A stretch of DNA of 64,000 bases from Promethearchaeota archaeon. Lineage in GTDB: Archaea; Asgardarchaeota; Lokiarchaeia; Sigyniarchaeales; SOKP01. A program made the position numbers and the translations under genes. Every line of letters starts with the position of its first letter. The stretch's first letter is position 1. The notes beneath the pieces were generated by a model, which was given only the letters and a program-made list of their open reading frames with translations, was not told the origin of the DNA and made no database searches. Location: positions 32,001 to 96,000 of the forward strand of contig JALGVJ010000007.1 in NCBI GenBank assembly GCA_029838195.1. Reading direction: 5' to 3'. Below are positions 62,613-64,000 of this stretch, piece by piece.

Positions 62613-64000
62613 ATGAAATCTTTGCTACACGATTCACTCCTTTCTCAATATGGAGAAATTATTATTTCTACGATTTTAAATGAAATTTCGGATTTAATTG
62701 CAGTATTAAATGAAGCTTTCATCATTGAATACATTAATGAGGGCCCTCATTTCCATTTATTAGGATATTCAAGTGAGGATTTAGTTGGTACTTCGATTCT
62801 TAACTTGTTTAGGAAAAAAGAGAGAGAAAAAGCAAAAAGAGGATTAACTACCATTCTTGAGAGAGGTGTATATAAAAATGCAGCCAAGGTTATAACGAAA
62901 GAACAAAAAATAGCAACGTTAGAATTCATTGGTAAAAAGTTTAAATCAAATACAGGAGAAATAAAAATTATATTAATTTCGAATAAGCTAGATAAAAAGA
63001 GTTTTCTTTCGAGATTATCGAATTCCACCAAGAGGTTACAAGAATTTAATGAATCGCTTTCAGAAATCCGGTTTTGGAAATTACTTGCGCCTGAAGCATA
63101 TAGTGAGGCATTGGAGAAATCCTATGAGATCTTTCAATTCATTTTGGATAATATTCCTTTGCAAGTATGTTGGAAAGATTTAAATTTAGTTTATTTAGGA
63201 TGTAATAAAAAATTCGCAGAATATTTAGGATTTGAAGATTCCCTTCGGATAATCGGAAAGACTGATCAGGAACTAAGTTGGAATGTAAAAAATAAGATTC
63301 AATTTCACGATAAAGAACAGAGAGTTATTGAATTAGATCAAGCCTTGTATCACGATATTCAAGAATTTGAAGATTTGGTCGGAAACAAGAGCTGGTTTGA
63401 AATCAATCGGATTCCCTTACACGACCATCAGGGTAAGGTCAATGCTATTTTAATTACACATGAGAATATTACAGACAGAATTAAAGCGGAAAAAGAAAAA
63501 CAATTAGCAGAACAAAAGTTAAAAGAATCCGAGGTTAAATATCGGCATCTATTCAACCATTCTCCTGATGCTATTTGGTTAATAGATACTGATGGCTTCA
63601 TTCTTGATTGTAATGAAACGACGAATAAATTTTTATCAGTATATAAAAGAGAAGATTTAATCGGAAAGAATTTTAAAGAAATAATAACCATGTTTCTCAG
63701 GTATGGAGACCCTCGTTTTAAAGAACTTGGTTCCATTTTTGAGAAGCGATTCCAAAAGCTAATTGAAGGAGAAATGCTTAATCCATACGAATTTCAAGTA
63801 GCTCGTGTGGATGGAAAGGAATTTTGGCTCACGTTAGAATCAACACGGGTCAATGTGGGAGGCAAAAATTTAATCCAAGTAATAATTCGAGATATCACGC
63901 AACAGAAAACAGCAGAATTAAAATTAAAAGAGTCAGAACGTCAATTAAGAATTTTAAATAGAGAACTGGAGAAAAAAGTACAAGAAAGAACAAAAAAATT
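62613..64000 (+). CDS. Multi-PAS sensor protein (probably a histidine kinase), 3' end outside the window
   Basis: Open frame from ATG 62613 after AAGGA (absent from the ORF track because no stop is reached). PAS motifs LGYSSEDLVG, ILDNIP..WKD..YLGCN, YRHLFNHSPDAI, DITQQK; ends in the coiled coil LNRELEKKVQERT. Confidence 0.85.
   Translation, partial: MKSLLHDSLLSQYGEIIISTILNEISDLIAVLNEAFIIEYINEGPHFHLLGYSSEDLVGTSILNLFRKKEREKAKRGLTTILERGVYKNAAKVITKEQKIATLEFIGKKFKSNTGEIKIILISNKLDKKSFLSRLSNSTKRLQEFNESLSEIRFWKLLAPEAYSEALEKSYEIFQFILDNIPLQVCWKDLNLVYLGCNKKFAEYLGFEDSLRIIGKTDQELSWNVKNKIQFHDKEQRVIELDQALYHDIQEFEDLVGNKSWFEINRIPLHDHQGKVNAILITHENITDRIKAEKEKQLAEQKLKESEVKYRHLFNHSPDAIWLIDTDGFILDCNETTNKFLSVYKREDLIGKNFKEIITMFLRYGDPRFKELGSIFEKRFQKLIEGEMLNPYEFQVARVDGKEFWLTLESTRVNVGGKNLIQVIIRDITQQKTAELKLKESERQLRILNRELEKKVQERTKK

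Noticed and set aside
564-63736. Many short ORF-track entries overlapping real genes (e.g. 1840-2118, 17623-17889, 20397-20909, 50003-50395, 62747-63031, 63428-63736)
   Set aside because: Antisense or alternate-frame shadows of well-supported genes, with no motifs.
1-64000. CRISPR arrays, tRNA/rRNA genes, transposases, integrases
   Set aside because: No regularly spaced repeats, cloverleaf or GC-rich RNA segments, or DDE/tyrosine-recombinase motifs were seen.

Overview
AT-rich (roughly 30% GC by eye), gene-dense prokaryotic DNA, most likely from an Asgard archaeon (Lokiarchaeia-like). This is an inference from two Ras-superfamily small GTPases, longin-like, HEAT and zinc-ribbon proteins, archaeal-type PurD, a TrmJ-like methyltransferase, EhaR-like HAD, tungsten AOR, GGTGA/GGAG ribosome-binding sites and oligo-T terminators. 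Content: (i) an Asgard-type hypothetical/eukaryote-signature-like cluster (8.1-14.3 kb) and a GTPase-coiled-coil operon (20.5-22.4 kb); (ii) a corrinoid methyltransferase pair; (iii) a dispersed L-rhamnose utilisation system (GH78, GH106, GH20-like, GPH permease, rhaA, rhaB, class II aldolase, AOR); (iv) oxygen-defence genes (FprA, desulfoferrodoxin, ferritin-like); (v) a PiT locus, peptidases and a PAS sensor running off the right edge. Best finding: the minus-strand gene at 11462-12485 is split by a 40-nt insertion (12315-12354) whose ends fold into a canonical bulge-helix-bulge motif. Cutting at the standard EndA positions removes an in-frame stop, repairs a +1 frameshift and rebuilds a four-Cys motif, so this is a candidate tRNA-type intron in an Asgard mRNA. 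No rRNA, tRNA, CRISPR array or transposase was recognised.
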